Below are positions 1 to 13,000 of a DNA stretch of 64,000 nt, one piece after another (within the stretch, counting starts at the first letter, position 1; each line of letters starts with the position of its first letter). Under the pieces are notes generated by a model that worked only from the letters and a program-made list of their open reading frames with translations, searched no databases and was not told where the DNA came from. Position numbers and translations under genes: made by a program. The DNA comes from Macrostomum lignano (Eukaryota), in NCBI GenBank assembly GCA_002269645.1, contig NIVC01001658.1, forward strand, positions 62,001 through 126,000, written 5' to 3'.

Positions 1-91
1 TGCAGAAACACAAAGTTAGACTGGTCTACTATAGACAGAACAAAGGTAGCTAGACCATAGACTATAGACTGAACTACCCAAGTCCGGACTA

Positions 92-869
92 CTACTACTA
101 CTACTACTAAATAAGTAATATGGCGCCTCAGCCATTGAACAGGCTCTAATTACGCCACTAGGAATGAATTAGGATCCATGTTGGGAGTCAGGGAGTGTAC
201 TAATGTACACTAGGTTTCTAAGCTATCTAAAAGAGGACTGTGGCCATCAAGCCGAGCAGGCGACACCAGTCGGGCTGAGGGCGCGGGCCCTACCCCCTAC
301 CGTCGGGGCGTCGCACCTACTCCAAACTCAAATCAAAACCTCCCCGGGGCTAGAGGGGGTTGAGTGAACCAATCAGGGAAGCCCGTGCCTTCTCCTGGGT
401 TAGAAAGCCAAAAAACCGGTCATATGACCGCCCCCACGGCAAGTGCATGGCGACCCGAAGGAACCTCCCCACCCACTAAACCCCGGGTACTCTTGCCAGA
501 CAGTCTCTCATCTTTGAAGCGGCGGAGGGCTATTCGCCAGGACTGTTTCACCATTTGCTTCGCCAACCCGCCATTTTAATAGTGGCCATGTCAATTCGGC
601 CCCGTCCTGCTCAGACTCAGTCCTGGTTTTGGCACACTCCAGCTTTAATAGAATCGCTGGTCTGTTCACCAGAGGACACTCCAAGGGAGACCGTGAGAGC
701 ATCAACTGGAACAGGTATAGGCCTGCCTTCCTATACAGCTACCCACAGCCACAGCCCCCTCCTGATCTACCCTCTAACCCAGCCTACTAACTCATTACAA
801 GCTTTCAGCCAGGCAGAGACAAGTGTCACAGGGGTACTGCGGTTCGGCGTCTCTATGCGAGACAAAACC
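92..869 (-). mobile_element. 5'-truncated non-LTR retroposon (LINE 3' part or SINE) with (TAG)n tail
   Basis: Direct repeat AACTACCCAAGTCCGGACTA at 72-91 and 870-889 (TSD); (CTA)7 at 89-109 is a minus-strand tail; no long ORF. Confidence 0.7.
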
Positions 870-3059
870 AACTACCCAAGTCCGGACTAGCTAGTCTGGA
901 CTAGGCTTTATACATACGGCGCGGCCCAATGTATTTTACAAGTATTAAAGAGTCTGTAGACTCTTTAGGATACACATAATTAAAGGTAAACAAACCACTT
1001 AGAACAGCAAAACTATAAATCAAATCTTTCAATTTCAACTGAATTAGTCACTTATAGTTCTACTATTTTTTTCTTTTACGATCATATTTGATTTACTGAT
1101 GTAACTATTTTATTATCGCTTTTAACTTTTTTGTCTTGCCTTTATCATCGACGCGCGTTTACTGAAACATCCCTGATTATTTGTGTTTTGTTGTTTCGCC
1201 TATTGTTTGTAACTTTGTACTGGGGCAAGGCCAGCTATCCCTAGCTGGCCAACTCACTAACTAACTAAGCCGAAAAAATTGCTGTTTGTCTAGACAGATA
1301 TATAGGTTTGAGTAATTAGTTGTTGGCTTGTTTTTAGTCGTGAAGTTTTCACTACTGTGGTTCTGGCGTGTGTGTAGATCATTTCTTTTTTACACTAATT
1401 TGTTTCTTGATTCTAAGCCTGCATTATTATATAAAATGTTTTTGAACAACACATTTTACTCGTACATCGCATAAAATTGTATCAAGATTAAAGAGGCAGT
1501 AAAAAGTTGTAAAAAGTATGCAGAATAGGCCTATGCCATGCCATCGATAGTATAATTTTTTTAATTTTTTTTTGCCTACAGCAAAATAATATTTTGGAAT
1601 AGAAGGCATATTTTAAACTAGAAATAGATGTTTTTTATCATCTTTTATTTGTTTTAGGTCTACATAATAAGAAACTTAAATTATATATAATAAACAAACT
1701 TAATAAAAGGTTATTTTTAAATTATAATCTGCCAAATTATTTATTAACTATTGATTAAGTCCAGGAGGGCCTCCATTATAATGTCTCATTTCAGAATAAT
1801 GGAAATTAAAAATAATATGTTTTTATTTCAAAAATCAGATTAGGCCTAACTTTTGTTGGATCTATATATGTTAATTAATATAGCAATCAGAGATTATATT
1901 GAGTCTGCTAAACAAACTTGTTTTACTATAATAACTTAAGACATTGTATTGTAATAATAGGAAAGTCACCATATCTATTATGTGTACCAACTAACTTTTG
2001 CCAACCTGGCTAAAATCTAAAATTTATACTAGAAATTTTTAGTGTATGTTGCATGATCTCTAATGTAGGCTAGAGACAACAAATTAACAAACAACATATT
2101 TTCATTTAGGTCTATTGTAAAAACTTATTATATCCAATCTGTTATATTTATACTTATTTAATGCTATATGCATAATATAAACCAAGTTCTTAAATCACCA
2201 AGGCTTTATAAGCAATTTTAATTAATTAATTTATTATTGCAATCATTATATTAAAGAAAATATTAACATATCTAACTTAATAACATATTATTGACAATTT
2301 TTTGACAAAAGTTTAGACAATTTTAGAAATATTATATAAAATAAGAAATATAATAATAAAAGTATAAGACCCATTTGTGTATTTTTTAGTTAAAGATTAG
2401 TAATTAAGCCTTTAAGTGATATTAGTAAAATAAGTTTTTAGTTTTTAAAATAAATTTTATTAAAGCATCAACAGCTAATATTAGCCAAAGATAAGGGTAA
2501 CAAGGCTAGTAGTTTAGCACATTTGCTACTAAGTTAAGCTAGTAGCAAATGAGTTGGTTAGGTTAGTATATAGCTAAATGGGCTACTTGTGCAAATTACC
2601 CAACAGTAGTGAAATATGGCTTGCATAAGAGTTTAAACAAGGAAGTTGTCTATAGTTTGTAGAGCAAACTCAGTACAATTCAGCCCATTCATATACTAAA
2701 TTGTTTGTCTGAAATATGTCTAGAGTCAGATTTTTACTATAGAACCTTGGGGATTAGTCCTCAATGGGTGTGAATTACATGACAAATCCCAGTCAGTTTT
2801 TATGGATAAACACCAATATAGGCTGCTCTACCTCTGGAAATCCCTTTTTGGCATTGTTGTGTCATGACTTATTTCATTGGGGCTGCAATGGTGAGGGTTG
2901 TCAAGTGAGTAGGCTGCATATTAGTACTCTCGTATCATCTCTAGTTAGCACAGTACATCCATTGAAGTAGAAACCTTGTTTTTAATTTGTATTTAATGTG
3001 TAAAATGGAGTTGCAGACTTGCATAATAATAATGAGAATTGATTACACCTGCATCAATT

Positions 3060-3263
3060 GGGCTGTTCAGTCCAAGGACTGGGGAGGGGGTTGCCACACA
3101 CACCCTCAATTACCCCAGCTAATGCTGGCATCCATTTTACAGCTGGGTGAACTGAAGCAATACAGAGTTAAGCGTCTTGCTCAAGGACACAAATTGTTCC
3201 AGTGGGATCGGGAATCGAACCCCTGACCTTTAAGTCGTGAGTCCGACGCTCTAACCACTAGAC
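3060..3263 (-). mobile_element. tRNA-derived SINE with CORE (MIR-like) domain
   Basis: Minus strand: A box TAGTGGTTAGAGC (3248-60), B box GGTTCGATTCC (3211-21), then GTGTCCTTGAGCAAGACGCTTAAC...CAGCTGTAAAATGG, which resembles the CORE consensus GTGACCTTGGGCAAGTCACTTAAC...CATCTGTAAAATGG. The 3' boundary is approximate. Confidence 0.8.
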
Positions 3264-3361
3264 TAAAAGTAAAACTGCAGGCTTACAACTAAATACAATA
3301 GTTATGATATAGTTATGATATATGCACTTGTTTCCAAGTCTCCTTTATTGATTGAAACTCT

Positions 3362-3380
3362 CTCCCTAAATCTCTGTCAG
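3362..3380 (+). promoter_or_regulatory. Splice-acceptor-like site 40 nt upstream of the CAPS ATG (5'-UTR intron or trans-splice acceptor)
   Basis: ctctctccctaaatctctgtcAG at 3379-80. Confidence 0.5.
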
Positions 3381-3420
3381 CACATATTCCAGCAGTCTTA
3401 GACAAGCCTTAACTTGTTCA

Positions 3421-4053
3421 ATGCTTCGCGACTCATCATCCGATGACGATGACGACGATTGGGACTACTCAAAGGGTCCGCCGCCTGGCGCCATCTTCGC
3501 TCCGCCAGTGGCAGCCGCAGCGGCAGCCGCTCGCGGTGGTCTCGGCGCTGCAACGGCGGCTGCTGTTGCCGCCGCCGCTTCCAGCGGTGCCAGCGGTGCC
3601 GCACTGTCTTCGCCAGGCGGTTCCAGTTTGAGCTCTCACAGGCCTATCGCCGCTCAGCAGCATCCGCCTCCGCCATCGTTAAACATTGAAGCTCCAATTG
3701 TTCCGAGGCCAGCAGCTTCCATGGCAAATTCTTGTGCGCCATCGCCTATGCACCAACAGCAGCAGTCGGGCGGTGCGAATTCGCTATCATCGGCAACAGC
3801 AGCTCTCGCTTGCGTCGATCAACAGCAGCATAGCAGGCGACGCCAGACTAGTCCATCGCCCAGTATGCAGTCAGTTTACGTTGGCAACAATTCCAGATCG
3901 GCATCTGCAGCTGGTGACAATCCTGAGCAGCAATCGATTGACGAAGAGGCCGATAGGCGACAAAGACTGCTATTGTACGTCTTTGTTATGCGTTGCATTG
4001 CCTATCCGTTCAATGCTAAACAACCAACGGATTTGGCCAGACGACAGCTCAAG
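3421..4053 (+). CDS. CADPS: CAPS coding exon 1 ([10 protein letters not shown]...RRQLK)
   Basis: ATG 3421; acidic N-terminus resembles vertebrate MLDPSSSEEE; donor aag|GTTGGT at 4054, phase 0. Confidence 0.92.
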
Positions 4054-7000
4054 GTTGGTTAGTCTTGATACCAAGCAGATGGTTTTGTAACCTCACAACC
4101 TGACAGTTTGTGACGTCAAAACCAGACAGTCCGTAGCGTCACAACCAGACAGTTCGTAGCGTCACAACCAGACATTTCGTCGCGTCACAACCAGACAGTT
4201 CGTAGCGTCACAACCAGACAGTCCGTAGCGTCACAACCAGACAGTTCGTAGCGTCACAACCAGACAGTTCGTAGCGTCACAACCAGACAGTTCGTGACGT
4301 CAAAATCAGACAGTCCGTAGCGTCACAACCAGACAGTCCGTAGCGTCACAACCAGACAGTCCGTAGCGTCACAACTAGACAGTCCGTAGCGTCAAAACCA
4401 GACAGTTCGTAGCGTCACAACCAGACAGTCCGTAGCGTCACAGCCAGACACTTCGTGACGTCACAACCAGACAGTCTGTAGCGTCACAACCCGACAGTCC
4501 GTAGCGTCACAACCAGACAGTCTGTAGCGTCACAACCAGACGTCTGTAGCGCCACAACCAGACAGTCCGTAGCGTCACAACCAGACAGTCCATAGCGTCA
4601 CAACCAGAGAGTCCGTAGCGTCACAACCAGAGAGTCCGTAGCGTCACAACCAGACAGTCCGTAGCGTCACAACCAGACAGTCTGTGACGTCACAACCAGA
4701 CAGTTCGTAGCGTCACAACCAGACAGTTCGTAGCGTCACAACCAGACAGTCCGTAGCGTCACAACCAGACTGAGACAGTTCGTAGCGTCACAACTAGACA
4801 GTCCGTAGCGTCACAACCAGACAGTCCGTGATGTCACAAGCAACAGCTCACTAGATCACAACCTGACACTTCGTGACGTCACAAGCAACAGCTCACTAGA
4901 TCACAACCTGACACTTCGTGACGTCACAAGCAACAGCTCACTAGATCACAACCTGACACTTCGTGACGTCACAAGCAACAGCTCACTAGATCACAAGCGT
5001 AAGACAGAACTGTCATAACCAAACCGTTCACAACAACCTATTATATTGCAGGTGACTCAGTCGCAGCTGAAACAGGTGAAAGAGCGCTTTCAGAATTTTC
5101 TCTGCGGTGACACCGGCATAGTGGCCGATGAAGCATTCAACAACGCCGTCCAGAGCTACTTCGAGGTGTTCCTGAAGTCCGACCGAGTAGCCAACATGGT
5201 TCGCGGCGGCGGATGTTCCATTCGAGACTTTCGCGAAGTGTTCAAAAACAATATCGAAAAGCGGGTTCGCTGTCTGCCAGAGATTGATGGCCTGAGCAAA
5301 GAGACCGTGCTGAGCTCGTGGATGGCCAAGTTCGATCAGATCTATCGCGGAGATGAAGACCCCAGACGGATTCAGAAGATGAACGCCAGTCAGAGTGAGC
5401 TGGTGCTGAGCAAAGAGCAGCTGTACGAGATGTTTCAGAATATCTTGTCCGTGAGAAAGTATGAGCACCAGATCATGTACAATGCGTGTCAGGTGAGTCC
5501 CCCGGAATGAGTCCGAACTAATTTTGTTTGCATGATACAGTTGCCCTTCGCACAATCGCCCTTCAGTAAGTGATGAGAATCGCCCTTAGATCAGTGATGA
5601 GAATCGCCCTCGAATCAGTGATGAGAATCGCCCTCAAGTCAGCGATGAGAATCGCCCTCGAATCAGCGATGAGAATCGCCCTCAAATAATTCAGTGATGA
5701 GAATCGCCCTCAAATAATTCAGTGATGAGAATCGCCCTCAAATAATTCAGTGATGAGAATCGCCCTCAAGTCAGTGATGAGAATCGCCCTCAAGTCAGTG
5801 ATGAGAATCGCCCTCAAATAAGTCAGTGATGAGAATCACCCTCAATTAATTCAGTGATGAGAATCGCCCTGAAGTCAGTGATGAGAATCGCCCTCAAATA
5901 AGTCAGTGATGAGAATCGCCCTTAGATCAGTGATGAGAATCGCCCTCAAATAAGTCAGTGATGAGAATCGCCCTCAAGTCAGTGATGAGAATCGCCCTGA
6001 AGTCAGTGATGAGAATCGCCCTCAAATAAGTCAGTGATGAGAATCGCCCTTAAATCAGTGATGAGAATCGCCCTCAATTAATTCAGTGATGAGAATCGCC
6101 CTCAAGTCAGTGATGAGAATCGCCGTCAAAAAAGTCAGTGATGAGAATCGCCCTTAAGTCAGTGATGAGAATCGCCCTGAAGTCAGTGATGAGAATCGCC
6201 CTCAAATAAGTCAGTGATGAGAATAGCCCTTAAATCAGTGATGAGAATCACCCTCAATTAATTCAGTGATGAGAATCGCCCTGAAGTCAGTGATGAGAAT
6301 CGCCCTCAAATAAGTCAGTGATGAGAATCGCCCTTAGATCAGTGATGAGAATCGCCCTCAAAAAAGTCAGTGATGAGAATTGCCCTCAAATAAGTCAGTG
6401 ATGAGAATCGCCCTCAAATAAGTCAGTGATGAGAATCGCCCTCAAATAAGTCAGTGATGAGAATTGCCCTCAAATAAGTCAGTGATGAGAATCGCCCTAA
6501 AATAAGTCAGTGATGAGTATTGCCCTCAAATAAGTCAGTGATGAGAATCGCCCTCAAATAAGTCAGTGATGAGTATTGCCCTCAAATAAGTCAGTGATGA
6601 GAATCGCCCTCAAAAAGGTCAGTAATGAGAATCGCCCTCAAATAAGTCAGTGATGAGAATCGCCCTCAAATAAGTCAGTGATGAGAATTGCCCTCAAATA
6701 AGTCAGTGATGAGAATCGCCCTGAAGTCAGTGATGGGAATCGCCCTGAAGTCAGTGATGAGAATCGCCCTGAAGACAGTGATGAGAATTGCCCTGAAGTC
6801 AGTGATGAGAATTGCCCTGAAGTCAGTGATGAGAATCGCCCTGAAGTCAGTGATGAAAATCGCCCTCAAGTCAGTGATGAGAATCGCCCTCAAATAAGTC
6901 AGTGATGAGAATCGCCCTGAATTCAGTGATGAGAATCGCCCTCAAATAAGTCAGTGATGAGAATCGCCCTTAGATCAGTGATGAGAATCGCCCTCAAATA

Positions 7001-10000
7001 AGTCAGTGATGAGAATTGCCCTCAAAAAAGTCAGTGATGAGAATCGCCCTCAAATAAGTCAGTGATGAGAATTGCCCTCAAATAAGTCAGTGATGAGAAT
7101 CGCCCTAAAATAAGTCAGTGATGAGTATTGCCCTCAAATAAGTCAGTGATGAGAATCGCCCTCAAATAAGTCAGTGATGAGTATTGCCCTCAAATAAGTC
7201 AGTGATGAGAATCGCCCTTAAATAAGTCAGTAATGAGAGTCGCCCTCAAATAAGTCAGTGATGAGAATCGCCCTCAAATAAGTCAGTGATGAGAATCGCC
7301 CTGAAGTCAGTGATGAGAATCGCCCTGAAGTCAGTGATGAGAATCGCCCTGAAGACAGTGATGAGAATTGCCCTGAAGTCAGTGATGAGAATTGCCCTGA
7401 AGTCAGTGATGAGAATCGCCCTGAAGTCAGTGATGAAAATCGCCCTCAAGTCAGTGATGAGAATCGCCCTCAAATAAGTCAGTGATGAGAATCGCCCTGA
7501 AGTCAGTGATGAGAATCGCCCTCAAGTCAGTGATGAGAATCGCCTTCAAACCAAGCATGAGAATCGCCCTGAAGTCAGTGATGAGAATCGCCCTGAAGTC
7601 AGTGATAAGAATTGCCCTCAAGTCAGTGATGAGAATCGCCCTGAAGTCAGTGATGAGAATCGCCCTCAAGTCAGTGATGAGAATCGCCCTGAAGTCAGTG
7701 ATGAGAATCGCCCTCAAGTCAGTGATGAGAATCGCCCTCAAGTCAGTGATGAGAATCGCCCTGAAGTCAGTGATGAGAATCGCCCTCAAGTCAGTGATGA
7801 GAATCGCCCTGAAGTCAGTGATGAGAATCGCTCTCAAGTCAGTGATGAGAATCGCCCTGAAGTCAGTGATGAGAATCGCCCTCAAGTCAGTGATGAGAAT
7901 CGCCCTGAAGTCAGTGATGAGAATCGCCCTCAAATAAGTCAGTGATGAGAATCGCCCTCAAGTCAGTGATGAGAATCGCCCTGAAGTCAGTGATGAGAAT
8001 CGCCCTCAGATCAGTGATGAGAATCGCCCTGAAGTCAGTGATGAGAATCGCCCTGAAGTCAGTGATGAGAATCGCCCTCAAGTCAGTGATGAGAATCGCC
8101 CTCAAGTCAGTGATGAGAATCGCCCTGAAGTCAGTGATGAGAATCGCCCTCAAATAAGTCAGTGATGAGAATCGCCCTCAAGTCAGTGATGAGAATCGCC
8201 CTGAAGTCAGTGATGAGAATCGCCCTCAAGTCAGTGATGAGAATCGCCCTGAAGTCAGTGATGAGAATCGCCCTGAAGTCAGTGATGAGAATCGCCCTCA
8301 AGTCAGTGATGAGAATCGCCCTGAAGTCAGTGATGAGAATCGCCCTGAAGTCAGTGATGAGAATCGCCCTCAAGTCAGTGATGAGAATCGCCCTGAAGTC
8401 AGTGATGAGAATCGCCCTGAAGTCAGTGATGAGAATCGCCCTCAAGTCAGTGATGAGAATCGCCCTGAAGTCAGTGATGAGAATCACCCTCAGATCAGTG
8501 ATGAGAATCGCCCTCAAGTCAGTGATGAGAATCGCCCTGAAGTCAGTGATGAGAATCACCCTCAGATCAGTGATGAGAATCGCCCTGAAGTCAGTGATGA
8601 GAATCGCCCTGAAGTCAGTGATGAGAATCGCCCTGAAGTCAGTGATGAGAATCGCCCTGAAGTCAGTGATGAGAATCACCCTCAGATCAGTGATGAGAAT
8701 CGCCCTCAAGTCAGTGATGAGAATCGCCCTGAAGTCAGTGATGAGAATCACCCTCAGATCAGTGATGAGAATCGCCCTGAAGTCAGTGATGAGAATCACC
8801 TTCGCAATTTTGCAGATATTGAAAAAATAACCAGTTGGATAAAAACTGTTTTTAGACTCTTATTAGATGAGCTTTCGGCTGCCTAAGAGTTTAGTGGGAG
8901 CAAGAAAACTAGAATAATCCCGGTGAATCCGATTATGATTGAGTTGGGATTTAATTTTTTTTCAAAGAATTATTCTTTCTTGCCTTTTGAAAATGTCTCA
9001 GAGCTCGGATAAGCATAGGTGTTTTTTTCTTTCGTGTCACTTGTGTCAGCTTATGAAATATTCAATGTCCATTATTGCTTAGATAAGCTTGTCATTATTT
9101 TTTCTAACCTGAGAAAAAGCTGCAAAAATCTTGATTGATTCTGTGCTGGAGGATTTTGTCTCGATCTAATCTTTTTGAGATTCGATTGGTTAATAAACAT
9201 AAGGAGGAAGTCTATTTAACAAAATAATTTTTGAATGCCAAGGCGGATATACTGAAAAAGATACATTTTTCGAACCGGGAGAGACTGAGAGATGGAAGCT
9301 TAGAGGATGAGAAATGAAAGCTCAGAGGCTGAGAAATGGAAGCTCAGAGGCTGAGAAATGGAAGCTCAGAGACTGAGAGATGGCAGCTCAGAGGCTGAGA
9401 AATGGCAGCTCAGAGGCTGAGAAATGGCAGCTCAGAGACTGAGAGATGGTAGCTCGGAGGCTGAGAAATGGAAGCTCAGAGACTGAGAGATGGCAGCTCA
9501 GAGGCTGAGAAATGGCAGCTCAGAGGCTGAGAAATGGAAGCTCAGAGACTGAGAGATGGTAGCTCGGAGGCTGAGAAATGGAAGCTCAGAGACTGAGAGA
9601 TGGTAGCTCGGAGGCTGAGAAATGGAAGCTCAGAGACTGAGAGATGGTAGCTCGGAGGCTGAGAAATGGAAGCTCAGAGACTGAGAGATGGTAGCTCGGA
9701 GGCTGAGAAATGGAAGCTCAGAGACTGAGAGATGGTAGCTCGGAGGCTGAGAAATGGAAGCTCAGAGACTGAGAGATGGTAGCTCGGAGGCTGAGAAATG
9801 GAAGCTCAGAGACTGAGAGATGGTAGCTCAGAGGCTGAGAAATGGTAGCTCAGAGGCTGAGAAATGGCAGCTCAGAGGCTGAGAAATGGCAGCTCAGAGG
9901 CTGAGAAATGGCAGCTCAAAGGCTGAGAAATGGCAGCTCAGAGGCTGAGAAATGGCAGCTCAGAGGCTGAGACACGGAAGCTCAGAGGCTAAGTGATGGA

Positions 10001-13000
10001 AGGAAAAGAGACTAAGAGCCTCTCTTCCATTGTTTATAATGACTATTGCAGCAATTTTCCGTGAGTAAATTTCAAAATCCAGAATCGAAAAAAATCCCAA
10101 TAAATTGATAAATGAAGCTTAGGCACCGCAGATGAATTTAATAATAAATCTGCAGATTACAGACCTAGAATATAAGTGATTAATCACGATTATTCCTAAC
10201 TGCTGGGCCTAAATGAGTGCCTGGAAGCGGTTTTTATCCACATCGGAGTGTATTTGTTCTGGGTGAGCCGCAGGGAAGAGGGTCAATCATTTAGGGATAA
10301 ATACTGAATGCAGTCGCTGCTTACCAACTGATTTTGCCTCGCCTTAGTTTTCTTTCGTTTCTGTGCGTGCTCTGAAATCAAATTGCTTTTTTATCCTTCT
10401 GTATATGAAATGCACCCTCAGATCAGTGATGAGAATCGCCCTCAAATCAGTGATGAGAATCGCCCTCAAATCAGTGATGAGAATCGCCCTCAGATCAGTG
10501 ATGAGAATCGCCCTCAGATCAGTGATGAGAATCGCCCTCAGATCAGTGATGAGAATCGCCCTCAGATCAGTGATGAGAATCGCCCTCAGATCAGTGATGA
10601 GAATCGCCCTCAAATAAGTCAGTGATGAGAATCGCCCTCAAATAAGTCAGTGATGAGAATCGCCCTCAAATAAGTCAGTGATGAGAATCGCCCTCAAATA
10701 AGTCAGTGATGAGAATCGCCCTCAGATCAGTGATGAGAATCGCCCTCAGAGCAGTGATGAGAATCGCCCTCAGATCAGTGATGAGAATCGCCCTTAGATC
10801 AGTGATGAGAATCGCCCTCAGATCAGTGATGAGAATCGCCCTTAGATCAGTGATGAGAATCGCCCTCAAATAAGTCAGTGATGAGAATCGCCCTCAAATA
10901 AGTCAGTGATGAGAATCGCCCTCAGATCAGTGATGAGAATCGCCCTCAGATCAGTGATGAGAATTGCCCTTAGATCAGTGATGAGAATCGCCCTTAGATC
11001 AGTGATGAGAATCGCCCTCAGATCAGTGATGAGAATCGCCCTTGAGTCAGGGATGAGAATCGCCCTCGAATCAGTGATGAGAATCGCCCTCAAATCAGTG
11101 ATGAGAATCGCCCTCAGATCAGTGATGAGAATCGCCCTCAGATCAGTGATGAGAATCGCCCTTAGATCAGTGATGAGAATCGCCCTTGAGTCAGGGATGA
11201 GAATCGCCCTCAAATCAGTGATGAGAATCGCCCTCAGGTCAGGGATGAGAATCGCCCTCAGATCAGTGATGAGAATCGCCCTCAGATCAGTGATGAGAAT
11301 CGCCCTTAGATCAGTGATGAGAATCGCCCTCAGGTCAGGGATGAGAATCGCCCTCAGATCAGTGATGAGAATCGCCCTCAGATTAGTGATGAGAATCGCC
11401 CTCAAATCAGTGATGAGAATCGCCCCCAAAAATCAGTGATGAGAATCGCCCTCAAATCAGTGATGAGAATCGCCCTCAAAAATCAGTGATGAGAATCGCC
11501 CTCAGATCATTGATGATAATCGCCCTCAAATCAGTGATGAAAATCGCCCTCAAATCAATCATGAGAATCGCCCTCAGATCAGTGATGAGAATCGCCCGCA
11601 GAAAACATTCGTGTCAGGGGCTTATCTTTTATCTGGGCGCGTTAAATTTGGATCTATATACATGAGGTAAACGCAGCGAGCTTTTAACATATAGTTACGC
11701 TCATAAAAATGATCGTCATCCTCTTATTAAAGCCCCGAGCTGGCACGCTAGCAGAGTAAAATCATTGCAGACACGGAGAATGAAACTGAAGGGGAAAGCG
11801 GGTTAGAGGGGAGAGAGGATAGAGAGCAGAGGGAGGACGTAGACGAGATGGAGTGGATTTCTGTCCCAGTCTCCTGACATTGGGAACGAACGACGACAGG
11901 CTCAAGCCTACTCATATTGTGTTGCGCGTATCTGAGCAGAGACCCAATATTCTATATATAGTCAGTATTATCTTCATCAGAAATCCAGTGCAGTATACAA
12001 TTTAGGCGTGTCTAAAATTGCGCAGTCTTTAAGATTTTTGATGGCAGGTCATATATCTTTATAATAAGACTAGTGGATTAAACTTACTAATTATAAGATT
12101 TCTAAGAACGAGTTTGAAGACAGAGTAGCCCATCACATACTTGGCGATGAGAAAGTCAGGACAACTTGTACACTCTGTGTGAGCTGGCTTAGTGGCCAAG
12201 CAGAATAGGGCATGACTGCTATGGAATGAGCTAAATGGTACACTCGATCAGATTCGTTCCAGCAGTGTCGGTGTCCGCAGCGTCCAGGAGAGTCCAGGAG
12301 GTGGTCGCTCGCCCAGTAGCCCTTGGCTAGCGGATGAGTTGGCAGAAATTCTCAGGTCTGAAAACGTCGGAGAGGTCCGGGTTTGGGCCGAGGTAGGTAA
12401 GCCTGTCCTGAGGGAGGCAGAACCATCAAATCCTCCATCACGCGGTACAGAGGTACAACTAATTTATCATATAATTCGTTCACCTTGAACGGCATCATCA
12501 AAGCCATGTAAGGCGTGGATAAACATCATTCTTAGGCTCATGTGGTACACACTTCATCGACATTTCGACTGTAAATAAATCAGTGAGACACGCATGTTGG
12601 ACTGCCTGCAGACTCGTGCAGTGTCGAATCTTCATTGAAGAGGGCATATATGGGGCGATGCGAGGTTGCCTCCCGCTGAGGGGTTTCGGAAGACCTCAAA
12701 AGAGAGGACAGAGCTCTTGCCAGCCGCTGTAAGAATTCTCGTCTGCACTCGCCAGGTCACAGACTAACAGCCTGCACGCTTCTCTTCCCATCTAGATTCT
12801 TGCTCCCCGAGTTTGCTGCCCGCGTTCCTGCTGTTGTTGGATAGCATAGATGACGGCTTTAGGCTAATAAGCCTTTGAGGAGGGAGGCAAGGGCGAAAGG
12901 TCAAAGACGGGCTTTTGGGCAGAGCGGACTCGCTCAATAAGCCTTGCGGCCCCTTCAACTCGCGTCGGATTCCGCTTCTGCGAGGGGTTAGGGCTTCGGG

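Noticed and set aside
3195-3263. Possible functional tRNA gene on the minus strand
   Set aside because: A and B boxes are present, but I could not fold a complete acceptor stem and the sequence continues straight into a CORE-like domain, so it is a SINE head.
5028-5555. Minus-strand ORFs opposite real exons (also 22559-22966, 36095-36640, 56217-56534, 58463-58822)
   Set aside because: Antisense shadows of GC-rich coding sequence; no independent homology or splice signals.
6675-11439. Long ORFs such as (MRIALKSV)n and (RAILITDF)n
   Set aside because: Translations of the 24-bp intronic minisatellite; open on both strands only because the unit is a multiple of 3.
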